Positions 18,634-28,463 of a DNA stretch of 64,000 nucleotides are shown here, one piece after another (position 1 is the first letter of the stretch; each line of letters begins with the position of its first letter). The position numbers and the translations under genes are program-made. Below the pieces are notes generated by a model that worked only from the letters and a program-made list of their open reading frames with translations, was not told the DNA's origin and did no database searches. Source of the stretch: Syntrophomonadaceae bacterium (GTDB lineage: Bacteria > Bacillota > Dethiobacteria > DTU022); the NCBI GenBank assembly GCA_007119965.1, contig SKOR01000075.1, positions 9,471-73,470 on the forward strand, read 5' to 3'.

Positions 18634-21138
18634 ATGAAAACAGACGACACAGCAAATTACCGCCTCAGCTTTCCGATTATTAACGAACTGGCAAACCGGA
18701 CTCTCATAGCAGTCACCCTGGCATATATTGCGGGGATTGGCGTCTGCCGGTTCTGGTTTGCCCAGCCTTCTGCTGCCTTCTGGGTGGCCGGATTATTACT
18801 TGCGCTACTTATATTAGCTGTATATTTCAGGGTATTTACCCTTTACAGGGCAGTCCTGGTCCTGCTCGCTGCCGCAGCAGGAGGGGCTGCCTTTTACTAT
18901 GCAGTTCAGCAGCCCTCTTACGGTCTTACACACTATGCAGGCTCCCCTGTTTATATCGAAGGGACCGTGATTGAAGAACCGCTCTTCCATGATGACCATA
19001 CGGCGTACCGCCTGCGGGTGGAAGTTGTCGAAACGCGGGCGGAACGTTACCCTGTCAGCGGTACCCTGCTGGTTAAAGTGTACGGTTGCGGCGATGGCTA
19101 CTGGTTTGGGGAACGCCTGCGCCTGCGCGGGACGATAACCGAAGCGCGGGGACAGCGTAATCCGGGTGGTTTTGATTACCGTTTCTTCCTGCGCAGCCAG
19201 GGGCTGGATGCTTTAATCTACCCTGCCCCGGCCGCGGTCAGTTCCCTCGGCCCGGGAGAAGTCGGCCTTCATGCCGCATCTGCGGTCAGGCTGCGCAGCT
19301 CAATGGTTGAGAATATCAGCGCCGCCCTGCCTTCACCATCGGCGGAGCTTTTAACGGCAATCCTCTTTGGTCAAAGGCATCGTTTGCCCGATTCAATAGA
19401 AGATAATTTCCGCCGGGCAGGCGCTGGCCATCTGATGGCTGTTTCAGGCCTGCACGTTGGCCTGGCCGCAGCATTAATCCTGGGCCTTGTGCGCCACTTC
19501 AACCTGCGCGGGCGCCTGCCCCTGGTTTTAGCGATTGTCCTGGTTTTTGCCTATGCCTACCTCACCGGAATGCGGCCTTCTGCTTTACGGGCTGCCATCA
19601 TGGTTTCTATGGCCCTGGGGGCCATACTGCTGGATCGGGAACATGATCTGCCCACGACGATCGCTTTTGCCGCCCTGGTTACACTCTTCATTAATCCGCT
19701 TTTACTATTTACAATCGGCTTTCAGCTTTCTTACGCGGCAACCATGGTGCTGGTTTATACTTACCGGCCCCTGGAAAAATTACTGGCAGCATTGCGCTGC
19801 CCCCGTTTTCTGCGGGCGCCCCTGGCGGTCACTGCAGCAGCGCAGGTTGGAGTTTTACCGCTTTGTGTATATTATTTTCATTCCCTGCCCACAGGAGCCC
19901 TGTTATTTAACCTTCTTTTACTGCCGTTAATCGCCTTTGTAGTCGGTTTAGGCCTGGCCGGGGCTCTTGCTGGGCTGGTTTATCCTCCGGTGGGCGAGAT
20001 CCTGCTGTGGGCGGCACGCCCCCTCCTGGAGACAATGCTCTATATTACAGGGCTGAGCAGCCCTGCTGTTTTCTATGTCACCCTCAGCCCTCCCGGGCCG
20101 TCCCTGCTTTTTGCATATTATGGCGTTCTCTTTGCCGTGTTGTCAATTTACTACCGGTGGGAAAAGCAGGACCGCGGCAATGAGCAAACCTCTTTTAGCG
20201 CTTACCTGAAATCTGTCATTTCCGATTCATTGTTGGCATGGCGTTACCGTTATCGTGTTTTCGGCTTCGCTGTTCTGGCCCTTGCCGTGGCTTTTGTTTG
20301 GACCGGGATCTTGTTTCCGCGGCAGGCCCTTTTGACGGTAACCTTTATTGATGTGGGGCAGGGTGCAGCTGCATTAATTGAACCCCCCTGCGGGTTGGTG
20401 ATCATGATCGATGCCGGGGGAAGGCCCGAGTTTCAGGGTGACCCGGGAGAAATAGGGGAAAAAGTAGTCCTGCCCTATTTAAGGCACCGCGGTATCCGGA
20501 GCATTGATTTGGCCGTAATTACACATCCCCATGAAGATCATTTCGGCGGTTTTATTCCCATGGTGGGGGTAATATCTCTGGTGGAAATACTCGTTTCCCC
20601 GATCGGGGGCGGTTCCGGGCATTACAGTGAATTGCTGGAAAACGCTGCCAATGCAGGTTCAGAGATCCGAATGATCAGTGATGGGCAGGTCTGGTACTGC
20701 GGGGCTGATTTGCTGTTTGAAGTGATCGGGCCCCCTGAAAAAATGCTGAGAGGGACAAGCAGCGATCTGAATAATAACTCCATTGTCTTTATTTTGCACT
20801 ACGGCGATATAAGCATGCTCTTTACCGGGGATGTTGAAGATGCGGCAGTCAGGAACCTGCTTCAGCGTGAAGTTGATATCAGATCTGATGTCCTGCTGGT
20901 GCCCCACCACGGCGGTTACCTGGAAGAAATGCCTGCCTTGTTGGATGCAGTCAGACCTTCCCTGGCTGTTATCCAGGTGGGCACAAACCCTTTCGGCCAT
21001 CCCCACCCATATGTAACCGCGGCCCTGGAAGACGCCGATGTTGCTGTTTACCGCAACGATTATGACGGTGCCGTAATTATCGAAACCGACGGGCGCCGGC
21101 TTCAGGTGACAACCCAGGAACAGTCTGCCGTGTATTAG
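18634..21138 (+). CDS. comEC: ComEC/Rec2 DNA internalization channel with C-terminal metallo-beta-lactamase domain
   Basis: 834 aa. N-terminal OB-fold region, polytopic competence domain, and C-terminal MBL motifs (HPHEDHFGG, VPHHG). Confidence 0.85.
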   Translation: MKTDDTANYRLSFPIINELANRTLIAVTLAYIAGIGVCRFWFAQPSAAFWVAGLLLALLILAVYFRVFTLYRAVLVLLAAAAGGAAFYYAVQQPSYGLTHYAGSPVYIEGTVIEEPLFHDDHTAYRLRVEVVETRAERYPVSGTLLVKVYGCGDGYWFGERLRLRGTITEARGQRNPGGFDYRFFLRSQGLDALIYPAPAAVSSLGPGEVGLHAASAVRLRSSMVENISAALPSPSAELLTAILFGQRHRLPDSIEDNFRRAGAGHLMAVSGLHVGLAAALILGLVRHFNLRGRLPLVLAIVLVFAYAYLTGMRPSALRAAIMVSMALGAILLDREHDLPTTIAFAALVTLFINPLLLFTIGFQLSYAATMVLVYTYRPLEKLLAALRCPRFLRAPLAVTAAAQVGVLPLCVYYFHSLPTGALLFNLLLLPLIAFVVGLGLAGALAGLVYPPVGEILLWAARPLLETMLYITGLSSPAVFYVTLSPPGPSLLFAYYGVLFAVLSIYYRWEKQDRGNEQTSFSAYLKSVISDSLLAWRYRYRVFGFAVLALAVAFVWTGILFPRQALLTVTFIDVGQGAAALIEPPCGLVIMIDAGGRPEFQGDPGEIGEKVVLPYLRHRGIRSIDLAVITHPHEDHFGGFIPMVGVISLVEILVSPIGGGSGHYSELLENAANAGSEIRMISDGQVWYCGADLLFEVIGPPEKMLRGTSSDLNNNSIVFILHYGDISMLFTGDVEDAAVRNLLQREVDIRSDVLLVPHHGGYLEEMPALLDAVRPSLAVIQVGTNPFGHPHPYVTAALEDADVAVYRNDYDGAVIIETDGRRLQVTTQEQSAVY

Positions 21139-21259
21139 GGGAAAGGCCTCTTTGGGGTCAAATATAACCGGGTCTCCCGGCAGGTATTTTTACTCTATGA
21201 TAAAGGATAATGTTTTATTTTGACGAAATTTAACAGGGGGCGGGACTATTGAAAGGGCG

Positions 21260-21847
21260 GTGAAGAGTATAGTGGAGCCGGTTGAAATTAAAAGGCTGGT
21301 TAAACAAAACGATAATGATTCCCGCCGTGTGCTTTTTGAAGCCTACTATAAGCGGACTTTTGCCGTGGCCTACAATATCCTGCGTCGCCGTGAAAATGCC
21401 GAAGATATCACCCAGGATGCCTTTATCAAAGCTTTCCAGAGTCTGCACCAGCTGCAGGATGAAACAAAGTTCGGGGCCTGGCTGTCAGTAATAGCATCTA
21501 ACCTGGCCCGCAATTATTTAAAGCGGGAAAAGAAAATATTACTGACCGAGGATCTGCCTGAAATATCCAGCGGTTCATCTCCTGATGATACCGAAGAGTC
21601 AGCTATGCGCTCCCTGGAAATTGAAAGGGTCAGAAAAGCAATCAGGGCTCTGCCGTCTGAGCAGTACCAGGTTGTGGTCCTCCAGTACTACCATGATTTA
21701 AAGGTGGAAGAGATCGCTGCACTGCTGAAAATAAGGGCGGGGACAGTTAAGTCCCGGCTGTTCAGGGCCAGGCAAAAACTTGCGGCAGCATTGGAACTTG
21801 AAAGCGATTTCGCTTGTCTTACAGGTGAAGGAGGTGACCGGGAATAA
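21260..21847 (+). CDS. ECF-type RNA polymerase sigma factor (sigma-70 family, GTG start)
   Basis: Region 2 (DITQDAFIKAF) and region 4 HTH (LKVEEIAALLKIRAGTVKSRLFRAR). Confidence 0.8.
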   Translation: MKSIVEPVEIKRLVKQNDNDSRRVLFEAYYKRTFAVAYNILRRRENAEDITQDAFIKAFQSLHQLQDETKFGAWLSVIASNLARNYLKREKKILLTEDLPEISSGSSPDDTEESAMRSLEIERVRKAIRALPSEQYQVVVLQYYHDLKVEEIAALLKIRAGTVKSRLFRARQKLAAALELESDFACLTGEGGDRE

Positions 21848-22605
21848 TGCCAGAAAATAATAACAGGGCTATCAGCGATGATTTGATCAGGGAAGCTTTG
21901 GTCCGGGAAATTGATTGTGTTGAATCCAGCCCCAGTGAAGATACCTGGAAAAAAATCGAGTCATCTCTTCAGAAAACCCGGCCCTCTTCTAAGCAGCGCT
22001 GGTTTACCTGGAGCCGGGCCGCTGCGCTTGCCGCAGCCTGCCTGGTTATGGTATTGGGCGGCATCGGGATCTACAGAAATTTAGAAACAGCTGTGCCCCT
22101 GGCCGATTCAGAGATAGCTCCCGAAGAAGCCGAAGACGTTGGTATCTTTGGAGTTGAAGATGGAGTTGAGCAGCCCGGAGTTTTAGAAGAGGGAACAGGG
22201 CGCGCTGTTCCTGGCCTTGAGCTTGTGATTGGTGAGCCTGATCCTGCCCCGCCTGACTGGCCGCACAGCCTGCCGGGAGATTACACTTTAGGCGAAACCA
22301 TCCTGATTACTGAGGCGGGGGATCCGTTTTACAGCGGGGCGGTTTATTATTATGCCAATACGAGCTTGCTCCTGGTGGAGGAGGAAACTGTCGGCAAAGA
22401 CCTGGCCGAGTTCATAGATCACCTTGAAGGGCATCTGCAGGTTGCCCTGCTTGATTTAGAAGAAGTTAACGGGTTTATCCGCTTTACAGTGGATGAACGT
22501 TTGGGCCTGGCCTGGCAGAAGAATGACCGCAACCAGGCCCTCGTGGTTCTATCCGGTTTTGAAGCTAAAGGAGAGCTGAAAAATATAGCACGCAGCATTG
22601 AATAA
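21847..22605 (+). CDS. Putative anti-sigma factor (single TM; cytoplasmic N-domain, extracytoplasmic C-domain)
   Basis: Start overlaps the sigma-factor stop. One TM helix (AAALAAACLVMVLGGIGIY). Confidence 0.5.
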   Translation: MPENNNRAISDDLIREALVREIDCVESSPSEDTWKKIESSLQKTRPSSKQRWFTWSRAAALAAACLVMVLGGIGIYRNLETAVPLADSEIAPEEAEDVGIFGVEDGVEQPGVLEEGTGRAVPGLELVIGEPDPAPPDWPHSLPGDYTLGETILITEAGDPFYSGAVYYYANTSLLLVEEETVGKDLAEFIDHLEGHLQVALLDLEEVNGFIRFTVDERLGLAWQKNDRNQALVVLSGFEAKGELKNIARSIE

Positions 22606-22621
22606 CTTTAAAACCAACCTA

Positions 22622-23617
22622 TCATGACGGTTTAATGTACTTCATCATTTTACGCAGCTTTTTCCCGACGTCAACAATCAGGTGCTTTTCTTCAATTTTC
22701 CTCAGCGCTTTAAACTGCGGCTGGTTAGCCTGGTTCTCCGTGATCCACTCCAGGGCAAAGCGGCCGTTTTGTATTTCACCGAGTATTTCCTTCATTTCGC
22801 TGCGGACACGGTCATCGATGATCCTGGGACCCCTTGTTAAGTCACCGTATTCTGCAGTGTCGCTCACAGAGTAGCGCATTCGCTCCAGGCCGCCTTCGTA
22901 AATCAGGTCAACGATCAGTTTAAGTTCGTGCAGGCATTCGAAATATGCTACTTCAGGCTGATACCCGGCGTCAACGAGGGTCTCAAAACTGGCTTTGACC
23001 AGGGCGGAAACCCCGCCGCATAAGATGACCTGCTCCCCGAAGAGATCTGTTTCTGTTTCTTCCTGCAGGGTGGTTTCAATGACCCCCGAGCGGGTACAGC
23101 CAATTCCCTTGGCATAAGCCAGGGCCAGCTGCTTCGCCTTGCCCGTGTAGTCCTGGTGAACTGCCATCAGTCCCGGGACTCCCGCCCCTTCCAGGTAGAG
23201 CCTTCTTAAAAGGTGCCCCGGGCTTTTCGGTGCAATCATAAATACGTCTACATTTTCAGGGGGAACAACCTGGTTGTAGAGAATATTAAAACCGTGAGAT
23301 ACAACCAGGGCCTTGCCTTCATTAAGGTGAGGCAAAACAGATTCCCTGTATACGGCAGACTGGTAGTTGTCGCCAATCAGGATCTGAATTACATCTGCTG
23401 CCTTGGCTGCTTCACTTACCGTCATTACTTCCAGGCCGTCTTTGATGACCTGTTCCCTGCTTTTACTTTCCGCGTGCAGGCCGACGATAACGTCTAACCC
23501 GCTGTCCCTGAGATTCTGTGCCTGGGAATGACCCTGGCTGCCGTAGCCGAGCACGGCAATTTTTTTTCCTTTCAGGACATTTAAATCGGCGTCCTGATCA
23601 TAATACATAACTGACAT
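22622..23617 (-). CDS. ilvC: Ketol-acid reductoisomerase
   Basis: [28 protein letters not shown]-binding site and the class I KARI length (331 aa). Confidence 0.9.
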   Translation of the reverse strand: MSVMYYDQDADLNVLKGKKIAVLGYGSQGHSQAQNLRDSGLDVIVGLHAESKSREQVIKDGLEVMTVSEAAKAADVIQILIGDNYQSAVYRESVLPHLNEGKALVVSHGFNILYNQVVPPENVDVFMIAPKSPGHLLRRLYLEGAGVPGLMAVHQDYTGKAKQLALAYAKGIGCTRSGVIETTLQEETETDLFGEQVILCGGVSALVKASFETLVDAGYQPEVAYFECLHELKLIVDLIYEGGLERMRYSVSDTAEYGDLTRGPRIIDDRVRSEMKEILGEIQNGRFALEWITENQANQPQFKALRKIEEKHLIVDVGKKLRKMMKYIKPS

Positions 23618-23888
23618 TAATTAATCCTCCCTGCAAATATGATAACAATAGTAATTAGCTATTATAATCCAATCTCCTGCCTGCAGGAGATTTAAAGTCA
23701 AAAATAGAATATTTATATAACTACACTCTATCCTGGTTATATTCTATTTCCGAAAACCCGGGGGGAATTAGCAGGGAGAAATCATAGAAATCATGCTATG
23801 AAAGTACCTGCTCACCTCTTCAGGGGGATCCGGTGGTCGGTAGTTTACTCGAGCAGGCACTCATGAAATAAAGAAAGTAAGGAGTTAT

Positions 23889-24638
23889 ATGTTATCGACA
23901 CTTGATTTAAATTTTCTTTTGACCCAGGGTACGAACTTATTGTTTTTAATTCTCATTCAGTTTGGTAATGGCTTGCTGGTTATCCACAAAAATGTAAAGG
24001 TAAACTATACCAGAAAAATTAATCACTTTATGCTTTTTTTTATCCCCATCTTTCTAAACAGGGATTATGCCAGTGAAGAGGCTTTTGGCCTCTTTGCCCT
24101 CGGTGCTTTTTTTGCAGTTGCCAAGTTTATTTTTTACGCGAAGCCGATCAGGGAAAGGGTCCCGTTTATCAAAACTATGTTTCGTTCGTTTGATCGTCCC
24201 GAAGACCGCCCCAACACCCTGTTGTGGCTGGTAACCCAGACGGCAGCCGGGTACGTGGTCCTGATTACGATGAGTATTTTATTCGTTAACCGCGGCCTGA
24301 TGGATCTTGTTCTGATTCCGATTCTGATTTACGGTATCGGAGACGGCCTTGCTGAACCGGTGGGAGTTCGTTTCGGCAGGCATAAATATAAAACCCTGGC
24401 TCTTTTTACCCCGAAGGAGTACTACAGGACTCTTGAAGGCAGTTTCGTGGTTTTCCTGACCAGCCTTGTTGTAATTGCCGCATATTTTAATTATTTTACG
24501 CCGCCGCAATTCCTAATCGCCATCCTTGTCGTGCCGATCCTGATGACCCTGACTGAGGCTTACTCACCGCATACCTGGGATGCTCCAACCATGTTTTTGG
24601 CGGGGTTCTTATCACTTTTTTGGATTACCATGGTGTAA
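23889..24638 (+). CDS. Polytopic membrane protein of the CTP-transferase family (dolichol/polyprenol kinase or CdsA-like)
   Basis: C-terminal motif IYGIGDGLAEPVGVRFGRHKY resembles the cytidylyltransferase-family catalytic loop. The 5' end is AT-rich. Confidence 0.4.
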   Translation: MLSTLDLNFLLTQGTNLLFLILIQFGNGLLVIHKNVKVNYTRKINHFMLFFIPIFLNRDYASEEAFGLFALGAFFAVAKFIFYAKPIRERVPFIKTMFRSFDRPEDRPNTLLWLVTQTAAGYVVLITMSILFVNRGLMDLVLIPILIYGIGDGLAEPVGVRFGRHKYKTLALFTPKEYYRTLEGSFVVFLTSLVVIAAYFNYFTPPQFLIAILVVPILMTLTEAYSPHTWDAPTMFLAGFLSLFWITMV

Positions 24639-24713
24639 TATGTTCACCGCTGTCCGCACAAAGGATTATGCAGGATAAGCGATGGTTGATTTTATCAGGA
24701 GGTTCAATTTGGC

Positions 24714-25679
24714 ATGAAGAGGCATAATAAGCTCCCCCGGTACATTCTTTCAGCCGTGGTTTTGCTAACGGCCGTTCTTCACTCCGGCTGCCCTGCCGAT
24801 CGATCAGATCTGCCGGAGAAAGAGATCAGTCTTGCTGCCAGCCATGAATTTGTCGTTCAGGAAGAGGGGCTGGCCAGTCTTGAAGAAACTTATGAATTCC
24901 ACTTTGACATTGTTCATGAAATGGCGATCGGCTTTACCCACGAAGCTTTGCGAAGGGGGGATGTGGATGCGGCGATCGGGTTTGCTACCGACGGGAAAAT
25001 CATGGAAGTAGATCTATTTAGGCTGGAGGATGACAGGGGCGCTTTCCCCGCACGTAACCCTGCCCCGGTCGTCCGGAGCGAAACTCTTGACCGTTATCCG
25101 CAAATTGAGGATATTATGGCCGGCATTACGCCGCTGTTAGATAATATAGCAATGATCCAGCTAAATTACCTGGTTGACTTTGAAGAAAAAGAGCCCTCAG
25201 ATGTGGCCCGTGAATGGCTTTTGGAAAAAGAGCTTATCTCTGACAGGGTTCAGGAAACCGGCGGCGACCACCCGGTGAAGGTAAGCTCAAAAGAGTTTAC
25301 AGAACAGCAAATCCTGAGACAGATTACCATACTGGCCCTGCAGGATGCCGGTATCCCCGTTCAGGATAAAGGGCACGTGGTTGGGACAGAAAATATCCGA
25401 CTTGATCTGGACTATGACCATATAGATCTTTACTGGGAGTACACCGGAGTTGCCTGGAACAGGATTTTCAAAGAGGATGAAATAATAACCGATTCTGAGC
25501 GGGTTTTCAAGCTTGTCGCTGAAAGGGACGCTGAGCAAGGTTTGATCTGGCTTGATTATGCCCCCATGAATAAAACCTATATCATTTTAATGCTGAAAGA
25601 ACATGCTGAATCTCTGGAGATAAACACCATTAGCGAGTTGGCTGAATGGGTTAAGCGTGTCCAGGCAGGAGAGCTTTAA
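24714..25679 (+). CDS. OpuAC/ProX-like substrate-binding lipoprotein (glycine betaine/choline-type); orphan, with no adjacent permease or ATPase
   Basis: Signal peptide with lipobox (LHSGC) and a type-2 periplasmic binding fold (ILALQDAGIPVQDK...LDYDHIDLYWEYTGVAW). Confidence 0.5.
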   Translation: MKRHNKLPRYILSAVVLLTAVLHSGCPADRSDLPEKEISLAASHEFVVQEEGLASLEETYEFHFDIVHEMAIGFTHEALRRGDVDAAIGFATDGKIMEVDLFRLEDDRGAFPARNPAPVVRSETLDRYPQIEDIMAGITPLLDNIAMIQLNYLVDFEEKEPSDVAREWLLEKELISDRVQETGGDHPVKVSSKEFTEQQILRQITILALQDAGIPVQDKGHVVGTENIRLDLDYDHIDLYWEYTGVAWNRIFKEDEIITDSERVFKLVAERDAEQGLIWLDYAPMNKTYIILMLKEHAESLEINTISELAEWVKRVQAGEL

Positions 25680-25681
25680 AC

Positions 25682-26683
25682 ATGGAAATGCCCCCGATAA
25701 CCCAAAATTACTTTTCGGCGATGCCGTCCCTGGAGAGAACCCTGCGCCGGTTATGGGCTTTCCTGCTCGCCCTAATTGTGCTGGCCCTGGTTTTCTTTTG
25801 GAATGAGCTGCGTGATCCCGAATCTACCTATTCGCTGGTTTCCATTACCATATCCAGCCCCATTGTGTTAAATTTTTTTAGGAGCGTCACCCTGCTCGGC
25901 AGTGAAGGTTTCTTCCTGGTCTTATTTTCGGTGATTTACTGGTCGGTCAACAAAATTCTCGGATTCTGGGGGCTGATCGTTATGCCGTTTTCGATATTTA
26001 TGACCAGTGAGATACCAAAAGATATAATAAGGCTGCCGCGCCCCGATGTCAGGGGAGTTACTGTCCCCACCTATACCTTTCCCAGCGGCCATACCTCGGG
26101 GGCGGTAAGCGTGTGGGGTTTTTTGGCAATGCTTTTAAAACGGCGCTGGTTATGGCTCCTTGCCGCGTTGATCATTGTTCTGGTTGGCCTGTCCAGGGTA
26201 ATGCTCGGCTATCACTTTCCCGGAGACGTTTTGGGGGGCATCGTAACCGGCAGCATATTTCTGGTTTTTTTATTCTGGTTCGGCAGTAAGGCTGAAGGGC
26301 GTAATTTTACGGCCGGCCTTTCCTTGAAATACTTGCTGGCGGCAGCAGTTGCTGTACCGATGGCCCTTTCTTTTATCCCCGCTACTTATGCCCCCAACTT
26401 AATGGGCTACGCTGCGGGAGCCGGGGCGGGCTACCTGTTGGAAAGAGAGAAACTGAATTACCGGCCTGACGGCCTGTGGTGGCAGCATTTAGCCAGGGCG
26501 CTCATCGGTGCTCTCGTAATAGCTGTTATCACCCTGGAACTGGCCCCGCGCCTGCCGTCATCAATTAACCTTTTTACCTTTGCCGCTTTTGGCCTCTCTA
26601 CTTTCTGGTCGACCTACCTGGCCCCCCTGCTGTTCATAAAAGCGGGACTGGCCCGGGCAGGCAAGATAAATTTAGAAAAATAA
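25682..26683 (+). CDS. PAP2 family lipid phosphatase with additional C-terminal membrane domain
   Basis: PAP2 motifs KDIIRLPRP, PSGH and SRVMLGYHFPGD. Confidence 0.7.
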   Translation: MEMPPITQNYFSAMPSLERTLRRLWAFLLALIVLALVFFWNELRDPESTYSLVSITISSPIVLNFFRSVTLLGSEGFFLVLFSVIYWSVNKILGFWGLIVMPFSIFMTSEIPKDIIRLPRPDVRGVTVPTYTFPSGHTSGAVSVWGFLAMLLKRRWLWLLAALIIVLVGLSRVMLGYHFPGDVLGGIVTGSIFLVFLFWFGSKAEGRNFTAGLSLKYLLAAAVAVPMALSFIPATYAPNLMGYAAGAGAGYLLEREKLNYRPDGLWWQHLARALIGALVIAVITLELAPRLPSSINLFTFAAFGLSTFWSTYLAPLLFIKAGLARAGKINLEK

Positions 26684-26781
26684 TAATCGGGTGCAGGTAT
26701 TTTAGCTTTTCCCATCAAATAATAGTTAAGAGCCTGGCTCGATAAAAAGAAGTCGGGATTAATCTATAGAAGGAGTGTTGC

Positions 26782-27357
26782 ATGATGAGTTTAAAGGGAA
26801 CTAAAACTGAAAAAAACATTTTAACAGCCTTTGCCGGGGAATCTCAGGCCCGGAATCGTTACACCTATTTTGCCAGCCAGGCTAAAAAAGACGGTTACGT
26901 GCAGATATCCGCAATTTTTGAAGAGACTGCAAACCAGGAAAAAGAGCATGCCAAGAGGCTCTTCAAACTTTTAGAAGGCGGTGAAGTGGAAATTCAGGCC
27001 GCTTTTCCGGCCGGCGTGATCGGCACTACCATGGAAAACCTGAAAGAAGCTGCCGGCGGAGAAAACTACGAGTGGACCGATATGTACCCCGGTTTTGCCA
27101 GGGTAGCCAGGGAAGAAGGTTTTAATGAAATAGCCGATATCCTTGAGTCTATCGCTGTGGCCGAGAAACAGCATGAAAAACGTTACCTGGGCCTGATGAA
27201 CAACATAGAAAAGGGTACCGTTTTTAAGAAGGATCGTGCGCTGCGCTGGTCCTGCCGCAACTGCGGTTATGTCCATGAGGGGCAGGAAGCGCCTGATCCC
27301 TGCCCGGCCTGCAACCATCCACAGGCTCACTTTGAAGTTACCTGTGAAAACTGGTAA
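26782..27357 (+). CDS. rbr: Rubrerythrin
   Basis: Diiron ferritin-like E..H motifs plus a C-terminal rubredoxin-like domain (CRNCGY...CPAC). Confidence 0.9.
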   Translation: MMSLKGTKTEKNILTAFAGESQARNRYTYFASQAKKDGYVQISAIFEETANQEKEHAKRLFKLLEGGEVEIQAAFPAGVIGTTMENLKEAAGGENYEWTDMYPGFARVAREEGFNEIADILESIAVAEKQHEKRYLGLMNNIEKGTVFKKDRALRWSCRNCGYVHEGQEAPDPCPACNHPQAHFEVTCENW

Positions 27358-27364
27358 AAGAGCA

Positions 27365-27402
27365 GCGGAACCCGGGTTAAATCACCGGGTTCCGCCTTTT
27401 TT
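27365..27402 (+). terminator. Rho-independent terminator after rbr
   Basis: gcggaacccgg / ccgggttccgc is a perfect 11-bp stem with a 9-nt loop, followed by a T run. Confidence 0.8.
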
Positions 27403-27423
27403 GTTAATAAGGAGGTTAATTGC

Positions 27424-28227
27424 TTGAAACTGGTAAGATTCCTTGAAAACGAGGCTGTGCGGTTCGGAAGGCTGGAAGAAGATATAATTATTGAACTTGA
27501 GAGTACCGGACCTGATCTGGATATCAATCGACTTTCCGGGACCGGGCGGCAGTTTGAAACTGCCGCGGTTAAGCTTTTAACTCCCTGCCTGCCGTCAAAA
27601 ATTATTTGCCTTGGCCTCAATTACCGTTCGCACGCCGAAGAAATGAAGCATCCCCTGCCGAAAAAGCCGATCATATTTCTGAAACCGTCGACTTCAGTAA
27701 TCGGGACAGGCGAACCAATCATTTACCCGCCGCAGAGTAAGCGGGTCGATTATGAAGCAGAATTAGCGGTGGTCATCGGCCAAAGGGCTTACCGGACTGC
27801 CGCATCAGAGGCCCTGGATTACGTTGCCGGATATACTTGTGCCAACGATGTAACTGCCCGCGACAAACAGCCTAAAGAAGGGCAGTGGACATACGCAAAA
27901 AGCTTTGATACTTTTTGCCCCCTGGGTCCTGCGCTCGAAACAGGCATAACCGATCCCGAAAGCCTGGTAGTCAGGGGGTACTTAAACGGCAAGCTGGTTC
28001 AGGAAGCGCCAACTGCCGATCACTATTTTACAGTAGCTGACATAATTGAATTTGTTTCCGGCTGTATGACCCTGCTTCCGGGCGATGTAATCCTGACCGG
28101 AACCCCTTCCGGGATCGGTTCGCTGAACCCCGGTGACAGCTTTGAGGTTTCCATAGAAGGAATCGGGACGTTGGTTAACCGGGTTGAAACAGCAGGCCAG
28201 GCTGATTTGCCGGCCGGGAATATATGA
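27424..28227 (+). CDS. Fumarylacetoacetate hydrolase family protein (2-keto-4-pentenoate hydratase/decarboxylase-like), TTG start
   Basis: FAH fold motifs (IICLGLNYRSHA, DYEAELAVVIG). RBS aaggagg upstream. Confidence 0.8.
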   Translation: MKLVRFLENEAVRFGRLEEDIIIELESTGPDLDINRLSGTGRQFETAAVKLLTPCLPSKIICLGLNYRSHAEEMKHPLPKKPIIFLKPSTSVIGTGEPIIYPPQSKRVDYEAELAVVIGQRAYRTAASEALDYVAGYTCANDVTARDKQPKEGQWTYAKSFDTFCPLGPALETGITDPESLVVRGYLNGKLVQEAPTADHYFTVADIIEFVSGCMTLLPGDVILTGTPSGIGSLNPGDSFEVSIEGIGTLVNRVETAGQADLPAGNI

Positions 28228-28250
28228 GGAAAATTTACTGAAATATGGTG

Positions 28251-28279
28251 TTGTCATCGACCTGTTGATGGTATATAAT
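28251..28279 (+). promoter_or_regulatory. Sigma-A type promoter (TTGTCA, 17-nt spacer, TATAAT) for the trkAH leader
   Basis: Hexamers at 28251-28256 and 28274-28279. Confidence 0.4.
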
Positions 28280-28410
28280 AAAAGCAGTTTACAAGACCGT
28301 TTCGGGCATTCCTGTCGCAAGAAGGGTCTGCTCAGCCTCAGGTTTTCCAATCAGGATCCTGGCGGGCTGCCGGTCATGAATAGATTTGCTTTTAAATTTT
28401 TCTCCCTGAT

Positions 28411-28441
28411 GAGGCAGCGTAGCCGCTGTCTCTTTTTTTTC
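28411..28441 (+). terminator. Intrinsic terminator hairpin inside the trkA 5' leader (candidate riboswitch or attenuator expression platform)
   Basis: gaggcagcg / cgctgtctc stem with one mismatch and loop tagc, followed by 8 T. It ends 23 nt before the trkA start, directly before the RBS. Confidence 0.5.
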
Positions 28442-28463
28442 AGAAAGGATGGTTGTTTAACTA

